A DNA stretch of 64,000 nucleotides from assembly GCA_965287045.1 (NCBI GenBank), contig OZ336877.1, forward strand, positions 5,332,001 to 5,396,000. Direction: 5' to 3'. This stretch comes from Carcharhinus amblyrhynchos. Its lineage: Eukaryota. The position numbers were made by a program, and so were the translations under genes. The first letter of the stretch is position 1. Each line of letters starts with the position of its first letter. The notes below the pieces were generated by a model. It had not been told where the DNA came from, made no database searches, and was given only the letters and a program-made list of their open reading frames with translations. Below, piece by piece: positions 1 through 13,039 of the stretch.

Positions 1-19
1 TCCGTCTTGATCCCCTGCA

Positions 20-905
20 GTTTTAAACCTCACTGCTGTGCAAATGTTGTATTAAATACAGGACACAATTACCATTCAGGAGACAAATACTCGCCGTATT
101 TGTATTTCAGGATACCTGCAGATCTTTCCAGGCATTTGAAGCCACACCTTCAGCAGGCTGATGGCTTGCTCGATGACACATCAGGTTGTCGTGTGGCTTT
201 CGTGTGGCTCCTGGGTATCAATGTTTGGGTTCCTCAGGACATTACAGCCGTTTTTGGTAAATATTCTTTTTCCCCGAGCAGTCAACTGCTAAGTTTGTTC
301 TGAGGTACGAAGAGATCAGGATGAACCAGCTCCCCGGAAATCTTGTGTGCTTCCTTTTAAACATCTTTTTCTGGTTGCACACCGCTTGCTCTTTAATGGA
401 ATGGAAGCCTTGTAGCTGATGAATACCCCACTGATTTGGAGTTGCCTACATTGCCATATGTATGAGGTTGATGATAGCTGTCAGAGTTAGTCAAGAGATG
501 CAAACCTCAGGGTATGTTCACTTTGAATGTGTCATCATTGGTCAAACTGACATTAGTGCCAATTCTGATAAACAAGCCATCAATCACATTCATGCATTTG
601 TAGGCTGCCAACTATGAGATCCTATAAATGTCTTCACTGGAGCCCTGGAAGAAACAGTTGAGGACAGTGGTGACTGAGCCACAGCTACAGCCAAAGAACA
701 GCCATAAGGTCACTCGGCTGCTGGTCTTGCTAATTTCCATCACCGTCCAGCGTGCAAACTTGAGTCACCAAACACGTAGAGAACGATTAGCCTCTGCCAC
801 TACATCACGTATTGGCCTGCACCGCTCTACTCATCCCTATAGAGTGGCATGTCGAAGAAGAAATAGCTGTTACCGCTTCTCCTGTGGGTCTTCTTAGTCC
901 TCGTC
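20..905 (-). mobile_element. Degenerate PIF/Harbinger (HARBI1-like, DDE_Tnp_4) transposase remnant
   Basis: Minus-strand translation across frameshifts and stops gives VTTVLN..FQGSSEDIYRIS*LAAYKC, GFHSIKEQAVC..RFPGS, *LLGEKEY, LRNP, CVIEQAISLLK..FKCLERSAGILKY. These match the HARBI1-type motifs GFHSINVQ, RFPGS, WLLGDSGY and RCVIEQAIGLLKMRFRCLDRSGG in order. Confidence 0.8.
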
Positions 906-1915
906 AGAGACCTGACATAAACCAGCACAAGTGGTATCCAGACTGACCTGATGGACCCTAGTTCCAAAGCGAAGATCAAATCAACAACCCTCCAAAGTTA
1001 TAAAAGCAATCCATTCAGCACGAGTACTTTGAAGAGTATTTTGCAGAAACAAGCAAGAATACAGCTGTGAGGTTTCATAATTCTATCATGTCTTCAGTCC
1101 CCTCAATTATAGATGAAATTGTCTTGCTTTCATTGGCATTTCAAAAAGCCTGGAGAACTTGCGCACTCACATTAAAATTCTAAAAGCAGGGTTAATATCA
1201 CAGTAGTTGAGTGATTAATATAATTGAAATTGATTAACTGCCTGTCCCGCGCATAACTGGCTGGAGTTAAATACAGAAGCTGGTTGGAACCTGCCCCTGA
1301 GGCACTCACAATTTCAGCGCTTTTTAAAGTTAGCTATCTTCACCCTTCACCTCAAAAATTTTTCTGCATAACTTTCTGGGAGTAGGAACCGATAACAGTG
1401 CAGAGAATGCAACAGGGATTATGGGACCTCTTTGAAAGCATCGGTCACCTAAGGATTGAGAAGGAAACAGAGGAATTACTGAGAAAATGGTTCAGTAAGA
1501 GAAAGATCAGATATGAAGAAAGAACCAAAAAGAGAACTAAAGAGAGGTAAAGGTGAAGTAGATCAAGATAAGGATGTGAGAAAGGCAAAAAAAAGGAAAT
1601 TTAACGAGCAAATAATAAACAAATCGGCAAGTTCCGAAAAATAACTGGTTATCAATGAGAGGCTGTTTTTATTATTCCAGCAAAATTCAACCCCTCCAGA
1701 TATGGTTTTGTAGATCAACAGTGCTTTGGCTTTGTTAATGTCTACATTGCTTGAACATGTTGCACATCGAATCCACTGAGTTTTAGATCTTGTTCAGCTT
1801 CAACCTGAATTCAAAATAATCCGTAAAATATGTGTGCCGCTTATTATTTTCTCCACACTGGCCTATGATAAATTCATATCAACAAATGTGGCCATTTACA
1901 TGCGTCATCATTGGC

Positions 1916-2280
1916 CAAATTGACGAGTGCTAATTCTGATAAACAAGCCATCAAATACGTGCAGGCATTTGTGGGACGCGAACTGTGAATTCCTACCAAT
2001 GTCTTCACCAGAGCCGTGGAACAAACAGTTCAGGACAGTGGTGACTCACAGCCACAGCCAAAGAATAGCCATAGAGCTGCTGATCTAGCTCCAGTAGGTT
2101 GCAAATTTCTATTACCATCCAGCATGCAATCCTGAGTCTCCAAACATATTGAGAAAGATTAGCCTCTGCCAGCACACTCTGTATTGGCCTGCACCACTCT
2201 GCTCGTCTCTATAGAACGGCTGGTCTACAAAGAAGCGGCTGTTACCGCTCCTGTTGTGGTCATCTTAGTCCTTGTCAAAC
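1916..2280 (-). mobile_element. Second diverged copy of the N-terminal part of the Harbinger transposase remnant
   Basis: Direct repeat of ~543-905, sharing aattctgataaacaagccatcaa, ggacagtggtgact, gattagcctctgcca, gtattggcctgcacc and gctgttaccgct. Confidence 0.8.
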
Positions 2281-2569
2281 TCATTTTCCAGATCCTGTAA
2301 AGACTCATCAGAATCAAATGTCACTCTGAGTTTGAACAATCCCAAGTTTCAGGGTTTAGGAGTGGTTGAAACATGGAGTGCTGGGCACTACACTCATTTT
2401 CCACCATCGCACCATAACTCCTCTTATAATCATCATTTTCTATCTTTCACATTCGTTTGCAATTTCAGAATCTTTAGTGTGACAGCCCGTTCAGTGTTGT
2501 TGGTTAATTTCAGTACACCAGGGCTTTTTACAATCCATTTGGAATGTTACTTCCTTCAAACAGTCAGGA

Positions 2570-2897
2570 ACAAAGAAGAAAGAACAACGCAGCATGGGAA
2601 ACAGGCCCTTCGGCCCAATGAGCCCACGCCACCATTTCAACATTGAGTCCCCTCTTCCACCCATGACCCTTGTCTACGCTGCTGGCACTCCACATTGGAA
2701 ACCAGATTGAGGGGAGACTAATTTTGGGACAATTTGTTACACCAATCAGCCCAAGAGCACATCTTTGGGGTGTGGGAGGAAACCAGAGCACCCAGAGAAG
2801 CTAGCACGGGGAGAATGCATGAACTCCCATAGATACTGGCCCAAATCCATGTATCTGCACAGCAAACAGTGATAGTCACTGCGCTGTCGTGTTGCCT
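2570..2897 (-). mobile_element. tRNA-derived V-SINE/HE1-like SINE
   Basis: Reverse of the V-domain core (tgtgggaggaaaccagagcacc..cacggggagaatg) and of the CR1-like tail (aacaggcccttcggccca). Confidence 0.7.
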
Positions 2898-3939
2898 ATC
2901 AGCTGGTCCAGTTTAAGCGTACGCTAACGATGTGAAGCACTAGGCTACTCTCGAACCATCCAAGAGCTGCCCTCGCACGACCCACCGCATGTACGCCCCT
3001 TGTTGGATAACAAGGCGGACCAAGGCAAATTCCCCTAATTTGAGAATTATTTAATTATTATACAATCTTCAGTTTTACTCCTGATGATCAATTCCATTAT
3101 TTTACTCAATATGGAAAAACAATGAAGGGGTCTATACATGCTGTGCTGTTGTCACCCTTGTTCATTAAAGGAATCACGCTGGCCCATTCCCCAACTACTG
3201 GTATGTCTCCAATATCCACATATATCCTCAATGGTTTTTTGAGTCTCTCTCAAATCCAATACTTAAAAACATTCTTCCCAATGTCTTTCGGCACTCTGGG
3301 GTAAACAACTTTTCCCTTGGCAATTTATTTGTTTTAATCTTGTTCAGCCTGTTTAGATCTTCTGTCTAATTTATTAAAGATCGCTGATTTTAATTAAGTT
3401 AGCGCCATTTAAGCACGTCAATCTAAGTGAACAATCTGCAGGATTTTTATTTGTTGCTTTAAGTCTCATATTAAAATAACTTTTCTGTTTTCACATTTTC
3501 CTCGGAGTAATGAATCTTCCTCCTCGTGCTGACCCGATGGTTTGCAGCAGACAATCTTGAATATTTTAAATTTTAGACATGAATAACCCGAGCAATTCCT
3601 TTGTGTCTTACCCCCATCCACAAGATCAATGTTATTCACCTTCCAAATATCCCTGAAATATAGGAGTACACAACTTCCTTTATTTTAATCAACTCTCATC
3701 TGTTGTTAATTGATTCAATATAAATTTCTGGTGTAGAAACTATGTTAAAAATACGCTTTTAATGTTCTTTCCCAGCTGCTATTACAAATGAACAGGTGAA
3801 TATTTTGTTCAAAGTTGATAGTAACACTTACAATAATATAATTTGATCGTTTACAATAATGCTTTTAAAAGTCACTCTAAAGTGTTGCACCAAAGTTACT
3901 CTGCAGTGCGCTGACATTTAGATTATTAAAGCTGTGTCA

Positions 3940-4475
3940 TATTGCCATGTTAATAGGGGCACTGGTGAGACATGCACAGTTTTGGTCTCCTTATTTAAGG
4001 AACGATATAAATTTGTTGGAAGCGGTTCAGACGAGGTTTACTAGATTGTTACCGGGAATTAGTGGGCTTTCTTACGTGGAAAGTCTTGTTTCTAATAGAG
4101 TATAGAAAAGTGAGGGGAGACTTGATATTGATAAGGTAGATAGGTAGAGGATGTTTCCTCTTGTGCGTGAGTCATGAACCAAGGGGCACAATTTTAAAAT
4201 CTAGGTAGCCCTTGTACAACAAAGGTGAGTTTTTTTTCCTCTGAGTTTTGCGACTTAGGAACGCTTGGCCTCAGAAGGGGGTGAAAGTGGGGTCACTGAA
4301 TATTTTTAAGCAGAGATAGGTAGATTCTTGTTAGGCAAGGGAATCAAAAGGTTATCGGGATAGATGGGAATGTGGAACTCAAGACGAACAGACTAGCCAC
4401 AAACTTATTAAATGACAGAGCAGGCTCGAGAGGTTGAATGGCCTACTTCTGCTCTGATTTTGTATCCTACTATGT
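3940..4475 (+). mobile_element. CR1 LINE 3' fragment
   Basis: cagttttggtctccttatttaagg..ttggaagcggttcagacgaggtttactag, then the 3' UTR ggctcgagaggttgaatggcctacttctgctc and a tatgt-type tail. Confidence 0.8.
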
Positions 4476-5751
4476 ATATTCGTAATATTGTGGTTATTAG
4501 TTTGGCACGGGTACCTATTTCCACACCATATTCCAGATAGGAGTGCAAGCAACACCTATTCACCGAAACCTATTCACAATGCTCTACTAACCAGCATCCA
4601 ATGTCCAGTGACATTTCTAACCAGGCAGCCAAATTTCCTACTGTATGCTCACTGCGTAAAATGTGTGTGAAAAATAGGATTTTTTTTATATAACCCCAAA
4701 AAATTGCAATGTGCCTTTTGGTGAAGCCATGTTAACAAGGTAGCAATTTGCATATTACTGGCACTGGCATCTAAACAGTGTCAACAAATATATACATGGA
4801 GGTGCTTTGAGGTTTTTGGCTGCTGGAAATAATTGACTGAAGATGAAGAATAGCTAAAACAAATACTTATATAACAAATTAAAATAGAGACTTTTTTGGG
4901 AAATTCAAACAGAAGAAATAAATTAATCTCCATAAATTGGACATAAAATATCTGTATTCAATTTAAGTAAAGTAGGCATTTCCTTTAAATTTTAGTACCA
5001 ACAGCCAGAAACTTCAGATTTTGTTTGCACACAATAATCATTTTGTAAAAAAAAAGTAACAACCACTATTTCATCTATTTCAAATGCCATTATGGAATGC
5101 ATAGACACATTTGCTTCTTTAATACTTCCAAACGTTTGGACAATTAAAAGGTTTGCTGAATATATAATACATTTAAGGATAATCGAGCTAAGCATGAATG
5201 ACCGCAATATAATCTTTGAAATGCTGCAATCCCCCTAGAACTATTCAAACTAATGCACTCCAATAATTTCCCATGGTCTGTATCAATGCTAATAGATTTT
5301 GACATACATTCTTATAAATCATGGAAGATTATGACTAAGTTTTAATCCAGTCCAGGATGAAAGGCTTTGCTGTCTCTAACAATGCTTTCTCAAATTAATT
5401 TGAGCAGTCTCTACCTAATTCTTAGTAAAAATAGTTGCATTTATATAGCACCCTACACAATTGCAGATTATCACAAAGGGCCTTAATTAGTTTTGAGGAT
5501 CTTACATTTTGTAACACATGAAACAGGACAGTCAATTTGCAGACAGCAAGTTCTTAAACAACATAATGCTGAACAAGTCATCTTTTTAAAAATATAGTAT
5601 AACGTTAATTAATGGATGAATGTGTCAAAGACATATGGGGAAACACCCCTGCACCATGGGATCTTTTAAACCCAGGTAAGTGAGCAGGCAATCTCATCTG
5701 AAAGATGCTAATCCTACCATCCTACACTAACATGTCAACTCACACCCTAAA

Positions 5752-6110
5752 ATAAAAGCAAAATACCGTGGATGCTGGAAATCTGAAACAAAAACAGAAA
5801 ATTTTGGAAATACCTCGCAGATCTGGCAGTAGCTGTGGAGAGAGAAAGAGAGACTCACGTCGAATATGACTCTTCTTCAAAGCCCCAGACAGCTAGGAAT
5901 GTGATAGGTTTTTTTGCTACTGAAAAAAAAGTGGCAGGGTGCAGGTGGAGCAAAATAGGTAAGTGATAGGTTAGAGGGCAGGAGAGATTAAGTGAAGTGA
6001 CAAAGATGTCATGGAACACAAGACAAAGGAAATGGCAATGATGACAAATGTTGAAAGCTTTGGTCCAGAGTAGGTGTTAATAGCAGAAAAAAGGCTCAGC
6101 GCTGTCTAAA
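5752..6110. mobile_element. Penelope-associated terminal repeat fragment
   Basis: ggatgctggaaatctgaaacaaaaacagaaa motif; related copies at ~12460, ~45850 and ~46885, the last adjoining a GIY-YIG remnant. Confidence 0.5.
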
Positions 6111-6114
6111 AAGC

Positions 6115-6630
6115 TGCCTTTCCATCTGCTTTCCAACCTATCCCTGATTTTTTTGCATCAGCCATACACAAAAATGACTCATCAACCTGGTGAAGCTACA
6201 ACACCGGACTACCTGCATGGCCAACAATGGAAGCAACGTTTAATAGACAGCTAAACGATCCCACAATCAACACATCAGGTTAAAGTGAATGGTGGTGGAC
6301 CACTAAACAGGAGGAAGAAGCTCCTCAAATAAAACCCATCCTCAATGATGGAGGATTCCAGCACATAGTGCAAATAGACAAGGCCAACCAGCTTCAGCCA
6401 GAAGTGCAGAGTGGATGATTCATCTTGGTCTCTCTTTGGGGTCCCATTCCTTCTCTTGGCTCTGGGTCAAAATCCTGGAACACTCTTCCCAACATCAATT
6501 TGGGTGTCTACGTAATATGGACTGCCATGATTGAAGAAGGTGATGCGCCTTCTCCAAGACAATTAGGGATGGGCAACAAATACTAGCCTATCCAATGATG
6601 CCTGCATCATGTGAAAGTATTAGGAAAAAA
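6115..6630 (+). mobile_element. CR1/L2-group LINE remnant (family with GCAATTAGGGATGGGCA tail)
   Basis: ccatcctcaatgatggagg..cagccagaagtgcagagtggatg and the 3' tail caattagggatgggcaacaaa shared with several other copies in the window. Confidence 0.7.
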
Positions 6631-6789
6631 ATTGCATTGGCCTTCCTGATGCTTCCCCATTACTTGCCTCAAAACAGAAATGGCACCGGTGGTGCATCTT
6701 CTGGGCATGAATCCAAGCTAGCTTTCACAGATTTCTACTATTGTTCTCAATCCTCGAGTCCATGACGCTCTCCCACATCTTGAAGTTCG

Positions 6790-7060
6790 TTTATTTATTT
6801 GTGTCACAAGTAGTCTTACATTAATGCTGCAATGAAGTTACTGTGAAAATCCTCTAGTTGCCACCAGTGCCAGTTTGGGAACACTGAGGGAGAATTTAGC
6901 ATGCCCAATGCATCTCACCTGCACGCCTTTCGGACTGTGGGAGGAAACCAAAGCACCGGAGGAAACCCACACAGACAGGGGGAGAACGTGCAGACTCCAC
7001 ACAGACAGTGATCCTGGCGCTGTGAGGCAACAATGCTAACCACTGTGCCACCATGCTGCC
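6790..7060 (-). mobile_element. V-SINE-type SINE
   Basis: Reverse of tRNA-like head (ggcagcatggtggcacagtggttagcattg) and V core; near-colinear with 45525-45805. Confidence 0.85.
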
Positions 7061-7064
7061 AAAG

Positions 7065-7600
7065 GGATGTAATCGGAGTTTAATTCTCCATCAGTTTTGC
7101 AACCTGGAATGCCTCCCTTTCCTTTAAAGATTGGTAACGAAATGCTTAGTCTCCATACCCGTGGCATTTTCTCTCTTATCATAACATAACTGAGTAGCTT
7201 GAACAGGGGATTGAACTCCATATTCACATAGGTTCATATTGCTGCTGGTATCTCATTTGGCTCTACTATTTTGCCTTCCTTCTATAATTTCAGTGCTGCT
7301 CTGGTTTAGATCGCTGCAGGTTGTCATTTCTTGACTTGCAGCTATCTCCTTTGTGCTTTTATTAATGCATATGCTAGCTGAAGTGTTGGGCCTACCTCAC
7401 ATTGATTTCATTTTCTCTTACTAAGGTTATCCCACTTGCATTCTTGATTATATGTACACTTCCCACATCTTTTGTTAATTTATCTCCAGGAGCTGCCATT
7501 CTAAAGGTATCTTCGTGTCTTTCTTTGATATAAAGACTTTCATATGCTTCTTCCATTATCAAGCAACTTCCTTTAACAATTACTTTCTTTACATTCCTTT
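7065..7600 (-). mobile_element. RTE-clade LINE remnant
   Basis: ORF 7036-7227 reads EKMPRVWRLSISLPIFKGKGGIPGCK, resembling the RT N-terminal MPEEWRKSVLVPIFKGKGD motif. Confidence 0.55.
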
Positions 7601-7609
7601 TGACACTAT

Positions 7610-9410
7610 TCTTTCCTGCTTAGACTTCTCTCCAAGGTGTTGACATCCATCCTGAAGTGCAGTGCCCAGAATTGAACACAATATCCCAGCTGTGGCCTAA
7701 CCAGCAACTTAATGAAGATTTAGATGATTTCCTTGCCTTTGTACTTTGTTTATAAAGTCCACATCCATTTTTTGAGACGACCTTTTTGACATGCTGTTAT
7801 CTCCAAAGACGTTTGTACAAACACCTATAGGTCTCTCCCTGTTCCTGCATCCTATTTAAAATTGGACCATTTGGTTAATGTCGCATCTTCAAATTCTATT
7901 TCCCAAAATACATCGCACACTTTTCTGCATTAAATTTCATATACCACATCTGCCCATTTTACCTGTGTTCTTGTGAAGCTTCTTATTACAGCATCGTGTT
8001 CAGTATTTATTACAATTCCGAGTTTCCTGTCATCCACAACCTCTTGAAATCATGCAGCACTGAACGGCCAAGCCCACGTCATGAATATATATCAAAGAGA
8101 GCAGCAGTCCTAATAAGGCCCCTTGGGGAATACTACTGTGTACCTTCCTCCATTCTAATGTTTATGGATAGGAGAGGGGGTTAATTTAAATAGCACTAAT
8201 TTCTCCTCTCACCACCCATCCATAAACAGAAAAATATTCCGATTTATTTCCCTCTTTATAAACGGTGGTGTGTTTCCTAACTCCTCGGTTTTTGTACGAT
8301 TCAATTTTCTAATAATAATCCCAATGCAAACTAGAGACAGGATGAACAAAGATGGTTAGTTTATTGCACACAGTCAAAATGCGAGAGGAGGATTACAGTG
8401 TCGTCTTCACCCTCAGGCGGTGGAGATGTATAGAGGAAAGAAGGTTTTACAGTATGGAAACCACAGAGAAAAAAAAATTGGTTGACATGAGTTCTAGGGT
8501 CCAGAATCAAAGTCCAATGAGGTAGTCCTTCATGGACCTTGACAGGCTGAAAGCCAATGTTACAGAATTTCCTTTTCTGGTGGTGTTGATTTCACTCGAT
8601 GAGTTTGGCATGAAGAAATGAATTAGTCTTGGCACAGGAGGAGGAGAGATGGGGTCAGCTGTTCAATCCAGGCCAGAGCTCCTTCAGCATGGGTCTCCTC
8701 ACCAGATGTTAAAGAGCAGACTGAGCCTTCTAAATCAGCACAGCAGAATATTACTTGTTTCTCGAGTCAAAGACCCATGTAACATCACTCCCACCTTTCC
8801 ACCACCTTTGACAGAGGACGTGTATCCATCTATTTCAATGACTGCGAAATGTCTCAGCCATTAGGATTTGATAGGGCGGTTGCAGGTCTTTGTATTAGCA
8901 GTTGATTCATCAGCTTCTGGTTATTCAGGGTTATTAAATGCAGATGGCCTTGGTACAGCACTCAACGTCCACAAGATTGTTAGTGGCTCCTCAGAGATAA
9001 CGAGGTCAGGATTTTCCTAAAACTACAGTCACAGACAGGCACAATTTCAGCCATTCTAAATGTTGTGTTTGGTTTTAAAAATTGAGAATTAGTGATGTTT
9101 TATAAAAATTATACAAAGTGAGATTTTACGCTCTCGCATTATTAAAAAACTGTCCACTAATCCTATTTGCTGTGCCTTAACATATCCTTTCGTATCCTTG
9201 TAGGTACTTCTCCTTTAATCCCATGGGCACTAATCTTGCTTCTAGGTTTCTTAAGTGTTACTTTAAAGCCCATATACACAACATCAACCATTTCACCTCT
9301 ATTACTCCCTCCTCACCGACTTGATTTGAGTGCTTTGATGAAGTTAGTCAAACACAATTTGTCTTTAACAAATCTGCACTGGCTCTTTGTTATTAATGCA
9401 TGTGTTACCT
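7610..9410 (-). mobile_element. CR1 LINE fragment interrupted by a solo LTR
   Basis: Antisense CR1 signatures (gtgcccagaattgaacacaatatcccagctgtggcctaacca; taaatttcat); CR1 sequence resumes after 9141 (aagttagtcaaacacaatttgtcttt). Confidence 0.7.
8159..9141 (-). mobile_element. Probable solo LTR
   Basis: ~1 kb non-coding block splitting a CR1; begins TG on + (ends TAAACA on -); tttatt (AATAAA on -) at ~8360; imperfect 4-bp TSD ctaa/ttaa; ends resemble those of 58907-59791. Confidence 0.55.
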
Positions 9411-10779
9411 GATCTGGGAGTCGTTGTTATCAACTCATGCTTCAAGTAAATAGGTCTATTTAATGCTCCTTACCTATCTAAGCCAAAAAAAGTTGGAAGC
9501 ATTAAATAAACAAAGCCAGGAGCAACCAATGTTTAAAAACTGACTACAGTAGGGAAACAAAAATCTGCAGAATATTTGTTAAACTTTTGTAGATAAGCTG
9601 CAGGACATTATACTTATAAATAGGAATTTCATAAACACACACTTCAATTTTTTAAGAACACACTAAAATTTTGCCATCTGGATCTTATTGTACAACCACA
9701 CCAGGAACTTTATAACGATCTGTTCTGTGCTGCTTTAGCCTTCACGTGGCTGGTAGAGTCATCCAAGTATTCATCAGTACCTGATCAGTGAACACCAGTT
9801 ACTATACAAATCTTCTCACCAGTCAGAAATTCTCTTGAAATTTGTACCACATATCATAGAAACCAAAGCACATCTGAGCAAAAATAAAGCCTGCCAAATG
9901 TATTATGAGCACACACACACAATGGAGACAGCAGCAACAAACAGATATCTAGTAGTAGATTAATGAATTTATTTGAAATCTCCACCCTGAAAGCCCCCAT
10001 GAAACAGAATGGATTGAACAATTAAAGCCAGGTCTACAGTTTTTGATATCTTGTTCTGAATATACATTTACAATATAGATGGCTGGTTTCTGCTCTTCTT
10101 TCTTGACCAGACAGACCTTTCTTTATTTAAATACCAATGTGGCACCAGTGAATATTTTGCTGTCCAGATGAAATATTTGCTTAACATGCATAGCAAAATT
10201 ACTGAATGAGAATGAAACGTTTCATTTCACTTCCTTTTCTTTGAAGGTTCAATTTCTTTAAAAAAAGTTTTCACTTGCACTTTAAAAAAAAGTCATAAAA
10301 TTCCTGATGTAATTTTATGAGTTCGTGAGTAAAAATGCGCATATAGGAACTTTAAAGTTGGGTATGATATTGCAGTTAGTAACACTGCTATACCTTGCCC
10401 AGGTGGCTATTGCTCATGTCTAGACAGTGGGCATCAATGGGTCATTCAACTACAGTAGCAGTTAAATTGCGCTCAACCTCATCCTCAACCAGCATCCGTG
10501 TGAATACATTTCTCGCAATCAGAAGCGAGACCTTTCCAAATTTTCCACTCTGTTTGGCTGACACCCCATCTCAGCAGAGACCAGGAATTCAATCTTCAGA
10601 GTTTTCTGGTTTTACGACAAAAAATTACACCATTTGGTCGCCCTTCATTGTGGCCCATTAGGGAGCTTCCAATTTATTTCCACTGCCGTGATTTTAAATA
10701 TGTTATTGGAATATGCAATGTTTGATTAAAACCTGAACCTAACTGAATCTGAACATTTATAATGAATTATTTTAAAGCT

Positions 10780-11400
10780 AAAGAAAGAACTTGGACTTAC
10801 ATCACACCTTTCACACCATCAAAATTTCCCAAAACACATCACAGCCAAATGAAGTAAATTTTATTTGAACCTACCCCTTACTGTGAAAATCCCTAAGGAA
10901 ACAATGTGGGTTGAACAATTAATACCAGGCCTACAGTTTCTAATATCTCTTCTGAACTTAATCCAGAATATATATAGCTGCTGTCTCCTTTCTTGAGGAC
11001 CAAACGGGCTTTTCCCTTCATTTAAATGCCTACATGTCAACACTAAATATTTTAACACACAAACAAAATGTTCACTTAACATGCTTCACAAATATGACTG
11101 AACAAGGATGAAGTAACAATTCAAATGCAGTCCCTGTTTTAATGTCAGAAATGTAGGGTTACCAATCATCAAATAATGTTTCAGTGGTACTGGCTGAGGG
11201 AGAAATGTTAGCCATGACATGAACAGAACTTCCCAACCCTTCTTCAAATGATATCATGAGATCTTGTATGTCATCAGCGAGGACAGTTCAATATCTCAAC
11301 TTCACATTGCGGCACTGGACTGAAGTGTCAACCTCGATTATGTGAAGTCTCTGATGTGAGATTTGAACCCACAACCTTTGATTCAGCGGTGTCAGCATTA
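10780..11400 (-). mobile_element. Deu-domain SINE (SacSINE1/AmnSINE-like) split by an insertion
   Basis: Tail aaagaaagaacttg..cacagccaaatgaagta at 10780-10857; continues at 11108 (atgaagtaacaattcaaatgcagtccctg..gatttgaacccacaacc, B-box-like). Confidence 0.6.
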
Positions 11401-11403
11401 ATT

Positions 11404-11512
11404 TCATTATCTGCATTACCATGAAAACAGTGTCAAACAACAGTGTTTACTGAAAATCATTATCTACATTACCATGAAAACAGTGTCAAACAACAGTGTT
11501 TACTGAAAATCA
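11404..11512. repeat. Tandem duplication, 53-bp unit x2
   Basis: tcattatctRcattaccatgaaaacagtgtcaaacaacagtgtttactgaaaa occurs twice with one mismatch. Confidence 0.95.
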
Positions 11513-12459
11513 GCAGTTCCGCATTCACTGAGTAGGTCGGAAAAGAGAAAAGTGAACATTCCAACAATTTGTTTACAACATCAAAAAAAGATAACCAATT
11601 TCCGTGCATTCTTTTTTCTGTAAAGGATGCTGATATTTTGCATGCTCAAACAATTAGGGGTTTGTCACACTTAGCAATTGATAGAAAAGATAAAATGGAG
11701 TTTAAACATTGTATCTATTCAAGTATCAATACCTAGAAGAACATGTATCAAAAAGTTTGTTTAATTGGTGCTCATATAATCATTGCCCTTGTTAAGACTA
11801 AATATTTAACACCATTCTTACATTAGGCACAGTGAGCTTCCAGTGATAACAATTCAATACACAGATTCTCAATTATCCACAGGCCTTTAGCAGTTACACC
11901 CTTCCAGTAAAGCAGGTTTGAGCCATGGACAAATTGGAAAACGATTAATTTCACACTATTTGAAAACCCTATCTTCAAAATCAAACTACAACTTTTAAGA
12001 TTTCTTGAAAGGCGACTGCTCAATAGAAAAGTGTTCAGTTTTACTACAATATATGATCGCATTTGCTGCAATCTGGTTTGTAATCCCTTTTATGTCATGT
12101 ACAAAATAAATGTCAAGGTTATATTTTTAAAGGAAAAAGGAATCTTTTTCATTATACCCCGCAACTTGGATCTGAAACATAAGACCACAGAGGCTGAATT
12201 GAAGAAAATATGCTGCACGACATGCTTCCTGGAACATTAACATTTTTGTTCAAATTCTGACTAATACATTTTCCACGATTCCGACACAGAATACTCTTTG
12301 GAGTTTATTTTTTAGGGACTGCATTCAAAAATACCTAAATGTCTAAGGCTGTAACGAGTTCCAAGTAGAGCACAAGCTAGGAAATGTGCAATTGTTTACA
12401 AGCGATTTCAAAGGATTTCGTGCATCTAAATGGGGCACATTACAGTGGATAAGATTAAG

Positions 12460-12665
12460 TGCTGGAAAAACTCAGCCGGTCTGGTAGCATCTGCGGACAG
12501 AAACAGAATGAAGGTTGAGTCCAAAGGAGTTAATTGAGTCTAATATGGCTCTCCTCGAAGAGTCAAGCGTATTCTGTATATTTCTCCAAAGACAAGCTGA
12601 GCATTTCCAGCACTTCCTGTTTTTATTTCAGACCTCCAGCATCCACAGTATTTTGTTCTTACTTT
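12460..12665. mobile_element. Short palindromic Penelope-related non-autonomous element
   Basis: tgctggaaaaactcag and ctgagcatttccagca are inverted; the right arm is the reverse complement of the 5752 motif. Confidence 0.55.
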
Positions 12666-13039
12666 AATAGATTTTGCAGTACTGAATGTAGGCATGAGGC
12701 GTGATTATATTAAACAAAAGTTGAGGTTTAAAATTAAGAAATGCAATTGGTTTAATTTTAAAAACTAGAATTTAAAAACTATCCAAAGATTAATTTAAAG
12801 TAGCATGTAATCTTCTACTCTGCAAACTCAAGTTCTTCCTCCTTGTAGGTAAATATGTGCTGTTTCTCCTTAACAAATTAAGACTTTACCTGGTGGAAAG
12901 TTACAGATACAAACCGTCACGTAAGTGTGTTCGTTACAGCTCCAATAATTAACTTACCTCAAATCAAAATGTCATCTCGATTGTTTTCCATTTACCCCTA
13001 CTGCCAAAATGCTAGCCTTTGCTCAGTGAAAGCGTTTTC

